Below are positions 1-9,549 of a DNA stretch of 64,000 nt, piece by piece. Made by a program: the position numbers and the translations under genes. Location: positions 259,300 to 323,299 of the forward strand of contig JABHSE010000004.1 in assembly GCA_018697035.1 (NCBI GenBank), given 5' to 3'. The notes under the pieces were generated by a model, which was not told the origin of the DNA, did no database searches, and was given only the letters and a program-made list of their open reading frames with translations. Position 1 is the stretch's first letter. Each line of letters starts with the position of its first letter. Origin of the DNA: an archaeon. Lineage in GTDB: Archaea > Nanobdellota > Nanobdellia > Pacearchaeales > GW2011-AR1.

Positions 1-530
1 ACAACATCAACCGCATCAACAATAATCTCCCCAAACTTCTCCCTCAAATATTCAACACCCTTCCCAGTCATAGCCGTCTGTGCAACCTTCACCAACTCAT
101 CCCGACTACCAATATCAACAGCCAAACCACCCAAAATTTCCTGAGCCTTATCCCCAGCCCAACGATAACCCCTGCAAATCACAGTAGGATGAATCTTCAT
201 ATCAAGTAATTTCTCAGCATTCTCCAAAAACTTCCCAGCCAACATAACAGCCGTCGTAGTCCCATCCCCAACTTCCTTCTCCTGAGTCTTCGCAATTTCA
301 ACAACCATCTTAGCAGCAGGATGCTCAATCTCCATCTCATCCAAAATCGTCACACCATCATTCGTAACAACAACATTCCCGACTCTATCAACCAGCATCT
401 TGTCCATCCCCATCGGCCCCAAAGTAGTCTTCACAGTCTCCGACACAACACGAGCCGCCAAAATATTGTTCCGCTGAGCATCACGCCCAAGAATCCGATC
501 CCCTTCATTTCCAATAACATCCTCAACCAT
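1..530 (-). CDS. ths: thermosome subunit (group II chaperonin), N-terminal ~176 codons; the rest lies beyond the left edge
   Basis: My translation of the reverse strand from the ATG at 530: [78 protein letters not shown]. This is the canonical thermosome/CCT N-terminus. It is absent from the ORF track because it runs off the window. Confidence 0.9.
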   Translation of the reverse strand, partial: MVEDVIGNEGDRILGRDAQRNNILAARVVSETVKTTLGPMGMDKMLVDRVGNVVVTNDGVTILDEMEIEHPAAKMVVEIAKTQEKEVGDGTTTAVMLAGKFLENAEKLLDMKIHPTVICRGYRWAGDKAQEILGGLAVDIGSRDELVKVAQTAMTGKGVEYLREKFGEIIVDAVDV

Positions 531-550
531 AGAACCAAAACCCCATTTCT

Positions 551-572
551 CTTTATAAGAATTATTGCACTC
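551..572 (-). promoter_or_regulatory. thermosome promoter: TATA box plus conserved upstream element (copy 1 of 3)
   Basis: The reverse strand reads GAGTGCAATAATTCTTATAAAG, 20 nt before the thermosome ATG. Near-identical strings occur at 4552-4575 and 34231-34253. Confidence 0.6.
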
Positions 573-629
573 AACTGTCACCCAAAGATACTAAACAAGA
601 TATATAAACAATTCACACATAATTAAACC

Positions 630-1187
630 ATGGACACAGGAATCAAAGTCGGCGACCTAATGACCCGAAGCTTCGTCCACGTCTCTCCAGACACCGACCT
701 AAAAACATGCGCCAAAACCATGGTCAAAAAAAGAGTCGGAAGTCTACTTATAACAGAAGACGACAAACTCAAAGGAATCCTCACAGAAAAGGATATCATT
801 TGGGCAGTAGTGAAAAAATCCTATGATGACCTAGAAAACATAAGAGCTAGTAATCTAATGAAAAGAAAAGTCACAACCATAAAACCAGGAGCAGACATAA
901 CTGACGCGATGAAAAAATTCAAAAAAAAGAAAATTCGTCGTCTTCCAGTTGTAGAAAAGAAAAAATTAATTGGACTCATAACGGCAAATGATATTTTAAG
1001 AATAGACCCAGGACTTTTCCAGGCAATTGCCGAAACAATAAAAATTAAAGAAGAAAAATCCAAATTCAAACGACACGGAATAGAGGCAAAAAGAAAATCT
1101 GGCATATGCGAAGAATGCGGAATATTCGAACTCCTTTACAAAGACGAAGCACAATGGCTATGCGAAGAGTGCTACACCAAAAGATAA
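630..1187 (+). CDS. CBS-domain pair protein with C-terminal CxxC..CxxC zinc ribbon
   Basis: VGDLMTRSFVHVSPDTDL..GILTEKDII and RRLPVVEKKKLIGLITANDIL are CBS repeats. The tail is CEECG..CEEC. A TATA box ATATATAAA lies ~21 nt upstream. Confidence 0.8.
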   Translation: MDTGIKVGDLMTRSFVHVSPDTDLKTCAKTMVKKRVGSLLITEDDKLKGILTEKDIIWAVVKKSYDDLENIRASNLMKRKVTTIKPGADITDAMKKFKKKKIRRLPVVEKKKLIGLITANDILRIDPGLFQAIAETIKIKEEKSKFKRHGIEAKRKSGICEECGIFELLYKDEAQWLCEECYTKR

Positions 1188-1218
1188 TCTTTATATAATC
1201 TATTTCTCTAACTTAATC

Positions 1219-1716
1219 ATGGCCCAGAAAAAACAGGTGTATAAAGAAAAATTAACCCAAGTCGGCTACTGGAATTATGAAGAAGTATACAATATGCTCT
1301 ACAATTGGTTAAAAGATCACGGATACAAACTATACGAAAATAAATACAGAGAGAAACTCTCAAGCGCAGGAAAGGAGGTAATAATACTCTGGGAATCGAA
1401 GAAAAAAATAACAGATTATTTCCTATACAAAATAGAACTAGAGTGGCACATCCTAACAATGAAAGATGCCGAAGTAGAAGTCGAAGGCAAAAAAACAAAA
1501 ACCAATAAGGGAGAATTAGAAATAGTATTCAAGGGTATAATTGTAAAGGACTACGAAAAAAGATGGGAAGACAAGCCCTTCTATAAATTCCTAAGAGGAC
1601 TCTATGAACAATATGTCATACGAACAAGCGTCGATGAATATGAAGACGACCTCGAAGACCAAATCAAAGAACTAATCACTGATCTCAAAGCCCTCCTTAG
1701 AATACCCGTAGGCTAG
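1219..1716 (+). CDS. hypothetical protein
   Basis: Clean ORF with CTTTATATAA ~20 nt upstream of the ATG. No family recognised. Confidence 0.6.
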   Translation: MAQKKQVYKEKLTQVGYWNYEEVYNMLYNWLKDHGYKLYENKYREKLSSAGKEVIILWESKKKITDYFLYKIELEWHILTMKDAEVEVEGKKTKTNKGELEIVFKGIIVKDYEKRWEDKPFYKFLRGLYEQYVIRTSVDEYEDDLEDQIKELITDLKALLRIPVG

Positions 1717-1757
1717 ACCATATAAATCTTTATAAAATAATTTCAACCTCTCAATAT

Positions 1758-3116
1758 ATGAAAAAAATCATATTATTATTTGCAACACTTTTACTCCTAG
1801 CCTCCGTATCAGCTTTAGAAATAGAGGCAAAATACGACACAAACATAATCATCCAAGATTTCGAAAACACAATCGAATTAGAACTAGAAATATCAAACGC
1901 GATACCAGGAACATACAACCTCTACACCTTAGCCGATCTATCAATCCAACCATCAGCAACATTCGAAATCAACGACAGCTTCTTCAAAAAAACATTCACA
2001 ATAAAACCAACATCAAACCTCGACGCCACAGGCAACTACGCGTTCACCTACACATTAAATCATAGAGGAATAGAAAAATACGAACAAAAAATGCTCCTAG
2101 AAATCAAGGATCTCAGCAACACAATCGAAATCGACTCAAACCTAATAGATCCATCATCAACAGAAGTTTCATTCTACATCCAAAATAAAGAAGCAACAAC
2201 ACTAGAAAACATCACCGCAACATTTTCCTCAGTCCTCTTCGAAGAAACAAGAACCTTTACATTAAAACCATACGAGAAATTAGAAATATCAATAAAGCCA
2301 CATGCTGACATTCTCAAAAAAACCTTCGCCGGAGTATACATCGTAACAGCAGCTTTCGAAACAAAAAACGGTAAAAAAATAATAGAAGGCAACCTTAACC
2401 TAGGGGAGAAAAAAGACATAACAACAACTGAAGACGTCTCGGGATTCTTCATAAAAAGAGAAATCATAACAAAGGTCAACACCGGAAACATCGACGAAGC
2501 AATAGAAATCAAAATCAAAAGAAACATATTCGCTCGCCTATTCACAAGCTTCAACAACGAACCGACATTAACCAGACGAAACGGCATGAGCATAGAATAC
2601 ATATGGACAAAAGAAAGACTATCCCCAACCGAAGCATATGTAGTCAAAGCAAAAACAAACTACGCCTTACCATTCTTCATAATCATCTTCGCAACACTAG
2701 CAGCACTAGGATACTATAGATATTCTCAAACCAAACTAGAAATAAAAAAATCCGTATCACCAGTAAAAACAAAAGGTGGAGAATTCGCACTAAAAATAAG
2801 CCTCACACTAAAGGCAAGACAGGAAGTGGAAAACGTAACTTTAATAGACAAAGTCCCAAGCATAGTAAAAATATACAAAAAATTCGGCACTCTCAAGCCA
2901 GACAAAATAGATACAGAGAACAGAAGAGTCCATTGGAACATTGGAAGCCTTGAAGCAGGAGAAGAAAGAGCATTTAGTTACATTGTATATTCAAAAGTCG
3001 GCATCGTCGGAAAATTCTCCCTACCACGTGCCTTAGCTGTATTCGAAAAGGAAGGAAGTATCCATGAAATCGACTCAAACAACGTCTTTTTTATGAACGA
3101 ACAATCCAACGATTAA
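1758..3116 (+). CDS. secreted/membrane-anchored hypothetical protein
   Basis: N-terminal signal-like segment MKKIILLFATLLLLASVSA and an internal TM segment YALPFFIIIFATLAALGYY. TATA box CTTTATAAAA upstream. Confidence 0.6.
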   Translation: MKKIILLFATLLLLASVSALEIEAKYDTNIIIQDFENTIELELEISNAIPGTYNLYTLADLSIQPSATFEINDSFFKKTFTIKPTSNLDATGNYAFTYTLNHRGIEKYEQKMLLEIKDLSNTIEIDSNLIDPSSTEVSFYIQNKEATTLENITATFSSVLFEETRTFTLKPYEKLEISIKPHADILKKTFAGVYIVTAAFETKNGKKIIEGNLNLGEKKDITTTEDVSGFFIKREIITKVNTGNIDEAIEIKIKRNIFARLFTSFNNEPTLTRRNGMSIEYIWTKERLSPTEAYVVKAKTNYALPFFIIIFATLAALGYYRYSQTKLEIKKSVSPVKTKGGEFALKISLTLKARQEVENVTLIDKVPSIVKIYKKFGTLKPDKIDTENRRVHWNIGSLEAGEERAFSYIVYSKVGIVGKFSLPRALAVFEKEGSIHEIDSNNVFFMNEQSND

Positions 3117-3145
3117 CTTTTATAGCAACAATCCTATTTTCTCAG

Positions 3146-4189
3146 ATGGAAAAAATACCAGCAAAATTAAAATACAAAACCGAAGATTTCATAGTAGAAG
3201 AAATTCAGGATAAATGGGTTTGCAAAGCATCAAAAGAATTTATACAACCTCTAATGAAAATAGAGAATTCAGAAAAACCTTTCTTATGGTGTGAGCTAGA
3301 AAAAAAAGATATAGATCATTTCACAACAATCAAAACAATCGCAAATCACCTAAACAAAAACACCCAAGCAATAGGCTACGCCGGAACAAAAGACAAACAA
3401 GCTCACACATCACAAAGAATATCAATTGAATCCCCCGACATAGAAAACCTTCAAACCTTTCAACATCCAAACATAATCCTGAAAAACTTCAAATGGAACA
3501 AACGCAAAATTAAAATGGGATACCTCGACGCCAATCACTTCAAAATCACACTCCGAGACATCGATAAAAAAGACGCAATCAAAATATCATCCCAAATCAG
3601 AAAGAAGACCTTTTTCCCAAACTACTTCGGTCCACAAAGATTCGGAATAAATGAAGGTAATATAAAAATAGGAAAGGCGATCCTAAAAAGAAATTTCAAA
3701 AAAGCAATTCAATCCATTCGAGAAGATCAAAATTGGCAACAAAATGAAACAGACAGGCTTCCTCTATCAGTCTTAAAATGTCTTCCTAGAAAAATTTTAC
3801 TTATGTACGTCCACTCCGTCCAATCCAAAATATTCAATGACATAGTCGAACAAGCACTAGAAGAAAGATTAAACCTAAACCAAAAAGGCCAACAAAGCGG
3901 GATGTTAGTAGGATACAAAACAAGGCTCTCACAAGGACGACTAGGAGAAATAGAACAAGAAGTTTTAGATAAACACAATCTAGAATTAGAAGATTTCGAC
4001 ATCCAGGAAATCCCATTCCTCAGAATCAAAGGCTCATTCCGAAAAGCCATCACATCAATAGAAGACCTAAAGGTAGAAACCCTAGAAGACGAAGAATTCG
4101 AAGGCACCAAAAAAATCATCTTAGAATTCACACTACCATCTGGAACTTACGCAACAACATTCTTAGAAAACTTTTTTATATTCAATTAA
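3146..4189 (+). CDS. truD: tRNA pseudouridine synthase D (TruD/Pus7 family)
   Basis: DFIVEEI, the GYAGTKDKQAHTSQ motif containing the catalytic Asp, and NYFGPQRFG. Confidence 0.85.
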   Translation: MEKIPAKLKYKTEDFIVEEIQDKWVCKASKEFIQPLMKIENSEKPFLWCELEKKDIDHFTTIKTIANHLNKNTQAIGYAGTKDKQAHTSQRISIESPDIENLQTFQHPNIILKNFKWNKRKIKMGYLDANHFKITLRDIDKKDAIKISSQIRKKTFFPNYFGPQRFGINEGNIKIGKAILKRNFKKAIQSIREDQNWQQNETDRLPLSVLKCLPRKILLMYVHSVQSKIFNDIVEQALEERLNLNQKGQQSGMLVGYKTRLSQGRLGEIEQEVLDKHNLELEDFDIQEIPFLRIKGSFRKAITSIEDLKVETLEDEEFEGTKKIILEFTLPSGTYATTFLENFFIFN

Positions 4190-4532
4190 AAATATCTTTT
4201 TCCAAGTTCCTAAGTCCTTCAGTCAACAATCGCCTAGCCCCACGAGCCATCTTACTTCCTTCAATCCAAGAAATATCTTCTCCCCTTTCTAACATTCCCT
4301 TCATAAAATCAGAAGCGACATAGTATATTTTATCCTTAGTTCTAGATACATAAAACATAGGTTCATCCTCAGAATTAACCGAACACAAATTTACAGCTCT
4401 GTAATCAGCAATAGAATGCTTATCATAACCAAGCACAAAAAGAGGCACACCACATGCAGACAATTCATAATAACTCTCGACTTGCTTCCCCATAATTCTC
4501 CTACCCATTACTGGCTCAGACAATAAATCCAT
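4182..4532 (-). CDS. hypothetical protein; start moved to the internal ATG (MDLLSEPV...)
   Basis: The ATG at 4532 lies 19 nt downstream of the conserved promoter element at 4552-4575. The longer track ORF would translate through that promoter. Confidence 0.5.
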   Translation of the reverse strand: MDLLSEPVMGRRIMGKQVESYYELSACGVPLFVLGYDKHSIADYRAVNLCSVNSEDEPMFYVSRTKDKIYYVASDFMKGMLERGEDISWIEGSKMARGARRLLTEGLRNLEKDIFN

Positions 4533-4551
4533 AAAACCGCAAAACAAATAT

Positions 4552-4575
4552 CCTTTATAAAAATTATTACACTCC
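4552..4575 (-). promoter_or_regulatory. TATA box plus conserved upstream element (copy 2 of 3)
   Basis: The reverse strand reads GGAGTGTAATAATTTTTATAAAGG. Confidence 0.55.
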
Positions 4576-4616
4576 ATTTCAAAACATTATTAAACAGAAG
4601 CCTCTTATGAAATCCA

Positions 4617-5090
4617 ATGAACTCCTCCCATAAAACCGGTATAGCATTCGGTCTAACTTCCGGCGTCATAACAACACTCGGCGTCATGATCGGACTAAAC
4701 GCCGCAACTTCTCTCAAGCTCGCAGTCATCGGAGGAATACTAACAATCGCAATCGCCGACGCATTCTCCGACGCATTTGGCATCCACATCTCACAAGAAA
4801 CTTCAAAAAATATAAAACACAAACAAGTCTGGGAAGCAACCTTCGCAACCTTCGCAACAAAACTAATCGTCGCACTAACATTCCTAATCCCAATCCTGAC
4901 CCTTCCGCTCCAAACCGCAATAAAAATCAACCTAGTATGGGGCCTCCTATTGATCACATCCTTCAACTACTACCTAGCAAAATCCCGAAACGAATCCCCA
5001 ACAAAAATAATCACACAACACCTCACAATCGCAATCACAGTCATCGCAATAACGCACTACGTCGGAAAACTCATCTCAATGTACTTCTAA
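4617..5090 (+). CDS. small polytopic membrane protein, weakly VIT1/CCC1-like
   Basis: FGLTSGVITTLGVMIGL...IADAFSDAFGIHISQE resembles VIT-family TM1/TM2 motifs. About 4-5 TM segments. Weak call. Confidence 0.4.
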   Translation: MNSSHKTGIAFGLTSGVITTLGVMIGLNAATSLKLAVIGGILTIAIADAFSDAFGIHISQETSKNIKHKQVWEATFATFATKLIVALTFLIPILTLPLQTAIKINLVWGLLLITSFNYYLAKSRNESPTKIITQHLTIAITVIAITHYVGKLISMYF

Positions 5091-5129
5091 CACAACAATC
5101 TTTAAATAAACAAATCAAATAGACATATT

Positions 5130-5312
5130 ATGATACTAGAAAAAATAGCACTTACATTATTACTAGCAACGGGAACCCCAGAAATACGAAACATAGAAAC
5201 TCCAACAATTCCATATTCAGAACCCGCAAAGCAAGAATTACAACATAGGATACCAGAAGCCATCTACTCAGAAGAAAGACATGATTTTTATCTAAAACAA
5301 ACAAAACTCTAA
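5130..5312 (+). CDS. small hypothetical protein with N-terminal hydrophobic segment
   Basis: 60-aa ORF with CTTTAAATAA ~24 nt upstream of the ATG. Confidence 0.35.
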   Translation: MILEKIALTLLLATGTPEIRNIETPTIPYSEPAKQELQHRIPEAIYSEERHDFYLKQTKL

Positions 5313-5355
5313 GGTCAGCGCCAACATTTAAATACCCAAATCAGATATCCAATCG

Positions 5356-5928
5356 ATGACATTCGATTACGTAAGCTATCTGATACTCCCCCTCCTAATC
5401 TTCCTAGCGAGAGTCGCAGACGTAAGTATCGGAACAGTCCGCCTAATCTTCGTAGCAAAAGGATTCAAATTCTTGTCTCCAATCCTAGGTTTCTTCGAAG
5501 TCTTAATCTACATAATAACGATGAGCAAAATCTTAGCCGACATGACAAACGTCTGGCTATATATCGCATACGCAGCCGGCTTCGCAACAGGAAACTACGT
5601 AGGAATATGCATCGAAGAAAAACTCTCCATCGGAAAAGTGCTAATAAGAATAATCACACAAAAAGATTCAAAGCAATTAATTGAAAATCTAAAAAACCAA
5701 AACTACAATCTAACAACAACAAACGCCAGAGGAAAAAGAGGAAAAGTTAAATTAATTTTCTCAGTAGTAAAGAAAAAAGAACTAGGTAAAATAATCAAAA
5801 TAATAAACGAGACAAACCCAAAATCATTTTATTCAATAGAAGACATACGCTATGCACAAGACAACAGCTTTATGCCTCAAGACATAACATCACTACAAAA
5901 ATCCAAATTCAACTTCAAAAGAAAATAA
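5356..5928 (+). CDS. UPF0316/DUF2179 family membrane protein
   Basis: The N-terminal LLIFLARVADVSIGTVRLIFVAKG pattern, three TM segments and a soluble C-terminal domain are typical of UPF0316. Confidence 0.65.
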   Translation: MTFDYVSYLILPLLIFLARVADVSIGTVRLIFVAKGFKFLSPILGFFEVLIYIITMSKILADMTNVWLYIAYAAGFATGNYVGICIEEKLSIGKVLIRIITQKDSKQLIENLKNQNYNLTTTNARGKRGKVKLIFSVVKKKELGKIIKIINETNPKSFYSIEDIRYAQDNSFMPQDITSLQKSKFNFKRK

Positions 5929-5931
5929 CAT

Positions 5932-6603
5932 CTAAATAATCTCAACAATATCCCCAACGTTCTTCTTCAAAGAATAAAGCATAGGTGGCCTATGCGAAAC
6001 ATTTTTCCTCAAACCTTCCTCTTTCAAAATACCAAGCGAAATAATCTTCTTAGAAAAATTCCTCTTATCAAAGCTCTTATTGAAAACCATTTCATAAATC
6101 TTCTGCACTTCACTTATCGCAAACTTTTTCGGAAGCAATGAAAAAGCAACAGTCGTATACTCAAACTTCCACTTCAGCCTCTTCAAAGAATATTCCAATA
6201 TTTCCTTATGATCAAAGGCAAGTGAAGGAACATCCTTGATAGAAAACCACTTAGCATCAGAAACATCAGTAGCAGCTTTCAATTCTATACCCTCAGAGTT
6301 AACAAGAGCCATATATGCAACAGTAACGACCCTTCCCCTAGGATCCCTTTTGGGTTCCCCGAAACTAAACAATTGTTCAAGATAAACATCTCGCACCCCA
6401 GCCTCTTCCTCTAATTCCCTTTTAGCCGCATCCTCCAAAGACTCATCAATTCTAACAAAACCACCAGGAAACGCCCAGCCACCCTTAAATGGACTGATAT
6501 TCCGCTTCACCAAAAGAACCTTCAACTCACCACCTTCAATAGTAAAAATAACTATATCTGCAGTCAACGACGGCTTCTCAAAATCATGTATACTTTCTTC
6601 CAT
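5932..6603 (-). CDS. nrtR: Nudix-related transcriptional regulator NrtR (Nudix domain plus C-terminal winged helix)
   Basis: Nudix box GGWAFPGGFVRIDESLEDAAKRELEEEAGV, followed by a ~90-aa C-terminal wHTH-like domain. The gene sits at the end of the NAD cluster. Confidence 0.75.
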   Translation of the reverse strand: MEESIHDFEKPSLTADIVIFTIEGGELKVLLVKRNISPFKGGWAFPGGFVRIDESLEDAAKRELEEEAGVRDVYLEQLFSFGEPKRDPRGRVVTVAYMALVNSEGIELKAATDVSDAKWFSIKDVPSLAFDHKEILEYSLKRLKWKFEYTTVAFSLLPKKFAISEVQKIYEMVFNKSFDKRNFSKKIISLGILKEEGLRKNVSHRPPMLYSLKKNVGDIVEII

Positions 6604-6638
6604 AGTGTCAACAAAACAATAACATATTTAAATTTACC

Positions 6639-7418
6639 CTAAATACCCTCGATAGACTGCAACGGCTTATCAGACAATTTAACTTCGACAACATCTCCTC
6701 TGTTGAAATCATACGTCTTAAACCCTATTCCGATAATTCCACCATAATCTCGAGTAGATTCAAAAGAAATATTTTCATCAGATAAAATTTCACCCCTTAA
6801 AACTGTTGGAACGTAAATTCTTTTTCCAAGATATGTTTCTGTAATTACGAACCTAAGCTTTTTTTCATTTGCACCAAATTCGTCTCCGCCTATGGCATTA
6901 AACCAACCTGTAGAACCAGTACCCGTAGAAATAACAGCACCCGAACTTCTATGCTCTTCCCTTTTACCTCTATAATCAATGATATACCTAGAAGTATTCA
7001 ATCTCTTTTCGGCCCCAACATAAACTTCATTAGTAACAAGTTCATCCAAAACCTTATCATTCAATTTAACTTCCCCCCTCTGCCTCTCAATAACATTAAA
7101 TTTTCCACCCAGTATCTCTTCCAACTTTCCCCTCTCATTCATAGACAAACTCGCCAATGCCCCTTCACTAGAAGTCATGTCAGAATTTATTCCCAAAAGA
7201 TAAGAATCCCTTATTCGATTAGCAGCCTCTATATACGTACCATCACCACCAAGAGTTATTACCAAATCCGCACCGGAAAGCTTTTCCTTACTCAAATCAT
7301 CATACATAGTCCAACAAAAATCACGTCCACTCAAAACTTCTCTCAATCTCCGAGAACTTTCCAAGTGTTCGGAACTATCCTTATTACTTTCAACAACAAC
7401 AATCTTCTCAAACTCCAT
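6639..7418 (-). CDS. nadK: NAD kinase
   Basis: DLVITLGGDGT motif, the later TGSTGW motif, and typical length. Confidence 0.85.
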   Translation of the reverse strand: MEFEKIVVVESNKDSSEHLESSRRLREVLSGRDFCWTMYDDLSKEKLSGADLVITLGGDGTYIEAANRIRDSYLLGINSDMTSSEGALASLSMNERGKLEEILGGKFNVIERQRGEVKLNDKVLDELVTNEVYVGAEKRLNTSRYIIDYRGKREEHRSSGAVISTGTGSTGWFNAIGGDEFGANEKKLRFVITETYLGKRIYVPTVLRGEILSDENISFESTRDYGGIIGIGFKTYDFNRGDVVEVKLSDKPLQSIEGI

Positions 7419-8439
7419 TCTTCAACACTCCATCAACAAGATCTTTAACCTTCATAAATCTCTCGTTATAATTTCCAGCAACACTAACAAAATCAACACC
7501 GATACCTTCATACATATCCTTCAGCAACTTATTATTCTTCAATCTCTGCTCATCCGCACCAGCAAAACGCAACCCATCAGAAACCCACTTCACATCTGGC
7601 TCAAGAAATACTACCAAATCATAATTCTGCAATGCAGCAACCTCTTCAATCAACCTCGACTTATTCCCCGAAAAATACATGTCAAGATAATACTGAGTTA
7701 TAACAGCATCGCTGTCAACAAACAAAACCTTATCACTACTCCTAGCCTTCTTATCCTGCAAAATAAAATGCTCCATAGCAATTTTATCAAACATATCCAC
7801 AGTCAAAAGATTAGAATGCCTCTCACAATAATCCCTACCAATCTCATGAACATATTCAGTATTATAAAATTTAGCAAGCTTCTTACATAACGTCGTCTTC
7901 CCACAACTCTCAGTCCCAACAATTGCAACACTCTTAGTGAAATAAGGCTTAACACAATTAGGCAACTTATCCCAATTCCCGTAAAGATCTTTCCTTAATT
8001 CAGTCGCAGAAATCGTAACAGTTTTCCGCTTATCGTCCACAACGACATGTTTTGAATCAGGATAATATTTCTTAAACAATTCATCATATTCTGTTTCAGA
8101 ACTAAAAACATAATCAATCGGCTTGCCTATTTTTTCCTTAATCATATTAGCTCCTTCTTCCCAATCATAATCGTTATCCCAATGATCATCTTCAATATGA
8201 ATTATCTTTATATTATCTAAATCATTCAAAGACTCACCAATCCAGGAAAGCCTAACCTCAGCGGGAATATATTTCATTCCATCTTTTTCGCACAGCTCTC
8301 GATCCCGATTCTTAGAAGACGAAACAACAACATACAACTCATCAACATAATTAGAAGCAGCCATAATAACATACACATGACCCTGATGGAAGGGGAGAAA
8401 CTTCCCTCCTATAAATCCAACAGTTTTCCTACTTACCAC
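7408..8439 (-). CDS. nadR: NadR-type bifunctional NMN adenylyltransferase / ribosylnicotinamide kinase (no HTH domain)
   Basis: GGKFLPFHQGH nucleotidyltransferase motif plus a second P-loop GTESCGKTT. The start is probably the GTG at 8439, overlapping the pnuC stop by 11 nt. The track ORF extends to 8487. Confidence 0.8.
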   Translation of the reverse strand: MVSRKTVGFIGGKFLPFHQGHVYVIMAASNYVDELYVVVSSSKNRDRELCEKDGMKYIPAEVRLSWIGESLNDLDNIKIIHIEDDHWDNDYDWEEGANMIKEKIGKPIDYVFSSETEYDELFKKYYPDSKHVVVDDKRKTVTISATELRKDLYGNWDKLPNCVKPYFTKSVAIVGTESCGKTTLCKKLAKFYNTEYVHEIGRDYCERHSNLLTVDMFDKIAMEHFILQDKKARSSDKVLFVDSDAVITQYYLDMYFSGNKSRLIEEVAALQNYDLVVFLEPDVKWVSDGLRFAGADEQRLKNNKLLKDMYEGIGVDFVSVAGNYNERFMKVKDLVDGVLKNGV

Positions 8440-9127
8440 TATGCTTGCCCTCCAACTTTTTCCAGTTATAATAACCATACACCGCATTAACCAAAAACGC
8501 CGACCACATCACAAGTATACTAACATCTCCACCACTCGTAACGAAAATATAGGCCCACATCACGATAGAAAGCACGTTCACCATTATCCAGAAAAGCCAC
8601 TGCTCCGTCAATCTCTTATTCAGCATAATAGTAGCCACAATCGAAAAAACAGTCGTAGCCGAATCAATAAACGGCAAAGTCCCATTAATCACTTTCAACA
8701 CTAGCCCGTAAACAAGCAAAGCAATAATAGAACCTCCAAACCAAACAAGCCTATCTTTCCAACTCAAACTCTTCACAGCTATCTCGCTACCATTCCGCAT
8801 ATTCTTTTTCCAAAAATAGATACCAACAAAAGCCATCGGCAAGAAGTAAAGCATGTTCAACATAACATCTCCATAGTACCGACTCTGATACGCAACATAC
8901 GAATAGGCCAAAATATTAGCCAAGCCAAAATAAAAACTACTTATCCTCGCCTTCGCAGTCAAAACCACACACAACATCCCAGTCAAAGAAGCAGTCAATC
9001 CAATCCAACTATCTTGCCACGCAAAAAACAAATAAATATTAATCAACGTAAAAGACAAAAGCCAAACCTTTTCAAAAGTATTCCATTCTCCAATAAGACG
9101 AGCAATCTTATCTCTCAAGTCCCTCAT
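8429..9127 (-). CDS. pnuC: nicotinamide riboside transporter PnuC
   Basis: Seven-TM protein with a WQDSWIGL..LTAKARISSFYFGLANILAYSYVAY pattern typical of PnuC. Confidence 0.8.
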   Translation of the reverse strand: MRDLRDKIARLIGEWNTFEKVWLLSFTLINIYLFFAWQDSWIGLTASLTGMLCVVLTAKARISSFYFGLANILAYSYVAYQSRYYGDVMLNMLYFLPMAFVGIYFWKKNMRNGSEIAVKSLSWKDRLVWFGGSIIALLVYGLVLKVINGTLPFIDSATTVFSIVATIMLNKRLTEQWLFWIMVNVLSIVMWAYIFVTSGGDVSILVMWSAFLVNAVYGYYNWKKLEGKHSGK

Positions 9128-9549
9128 TTTACACCTCCCTTAAATTTAGTTATATAGTCCATCAATATCTTCTCATGATCAAAAGCCAACTCAGGCAAAT
9201 TGTCCATTGGAAAAAACCTCACATCCCTAGCATCATCCTTAGCCATAATCTCACCTCTAAAATTCCTAGCAACATAAGCACAAGTAACATAATGCCCCCT
9301 CGGATCTCTACCTGGTTCCGAATAAACTCCAATCAACTCCAAGTCAGAAACTTTCGCTCTCAGTCCCGTCTCTTCAAATAATTCCCTAACACCAGTCTCC
9401 TCAACTGTCTCATCACCATAATTAAGATGCCCGCCAGGAAAAGCCCACATATCCCTAAACGGCTCAATAGCTCTCTTTATCAAAAGCAACTCTTCCCTTC
9501 TTTCAATAATAATATCCGCAGTCACACAGGGGTTCAGATATTCACTCAT
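9124..9549 (-). CDS. Nudix hydrolase (ADP-ribose pyrophosphatase-like)
   Basis: Nudix box PGGHLNYGDETVEETGVRELFEETGL. The start is set at the internal ATG (MSEYLNP), which overlaps the nadD stop by 8 nt. Confidence 0.8.
   Translation of the reverse strand: MSEYLNPCVTADIIIERREELLLIKRAIEPFRDMWAFPGGHLNYGDETVEETGVRELFEETGLRAKVSDLELIGVYSEPGRDPRGHYVTCAYVARNFRGEIMAKDDARDVRFFPMDNLPELAFDHEKILMDYITKFKGGVK

Noticed and set aside
321-626. Top-strand ORF opposite the thermosome gene, and the similar long top-strand ORFs at 6951-7448, 9818-10249, 10570-10944, 11349-11957, 11873-12832, 12682-13242, 21851-22486, 27321-28016, 29264-29941, 31541-32368, 36147-36683, 53385-53891 and 56724-57197.
   Set aside because: All are antisense to well-supported minus-strand genes. 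They have low-complexity P/L/S/N/I/R/H/T composition and no promoter or SD sequence. The G-poor top strand rarely forms TAG/TGA stops, which explains why they stay open.
6598-6640. A second NrtR operator upstream of nrtR itself.
   Set aside because: Only a half-site-like TAGTGTC next to the ATG is present, and I could not find a matching inverted arm. It is mentioned in the findings but not annotated as a site.
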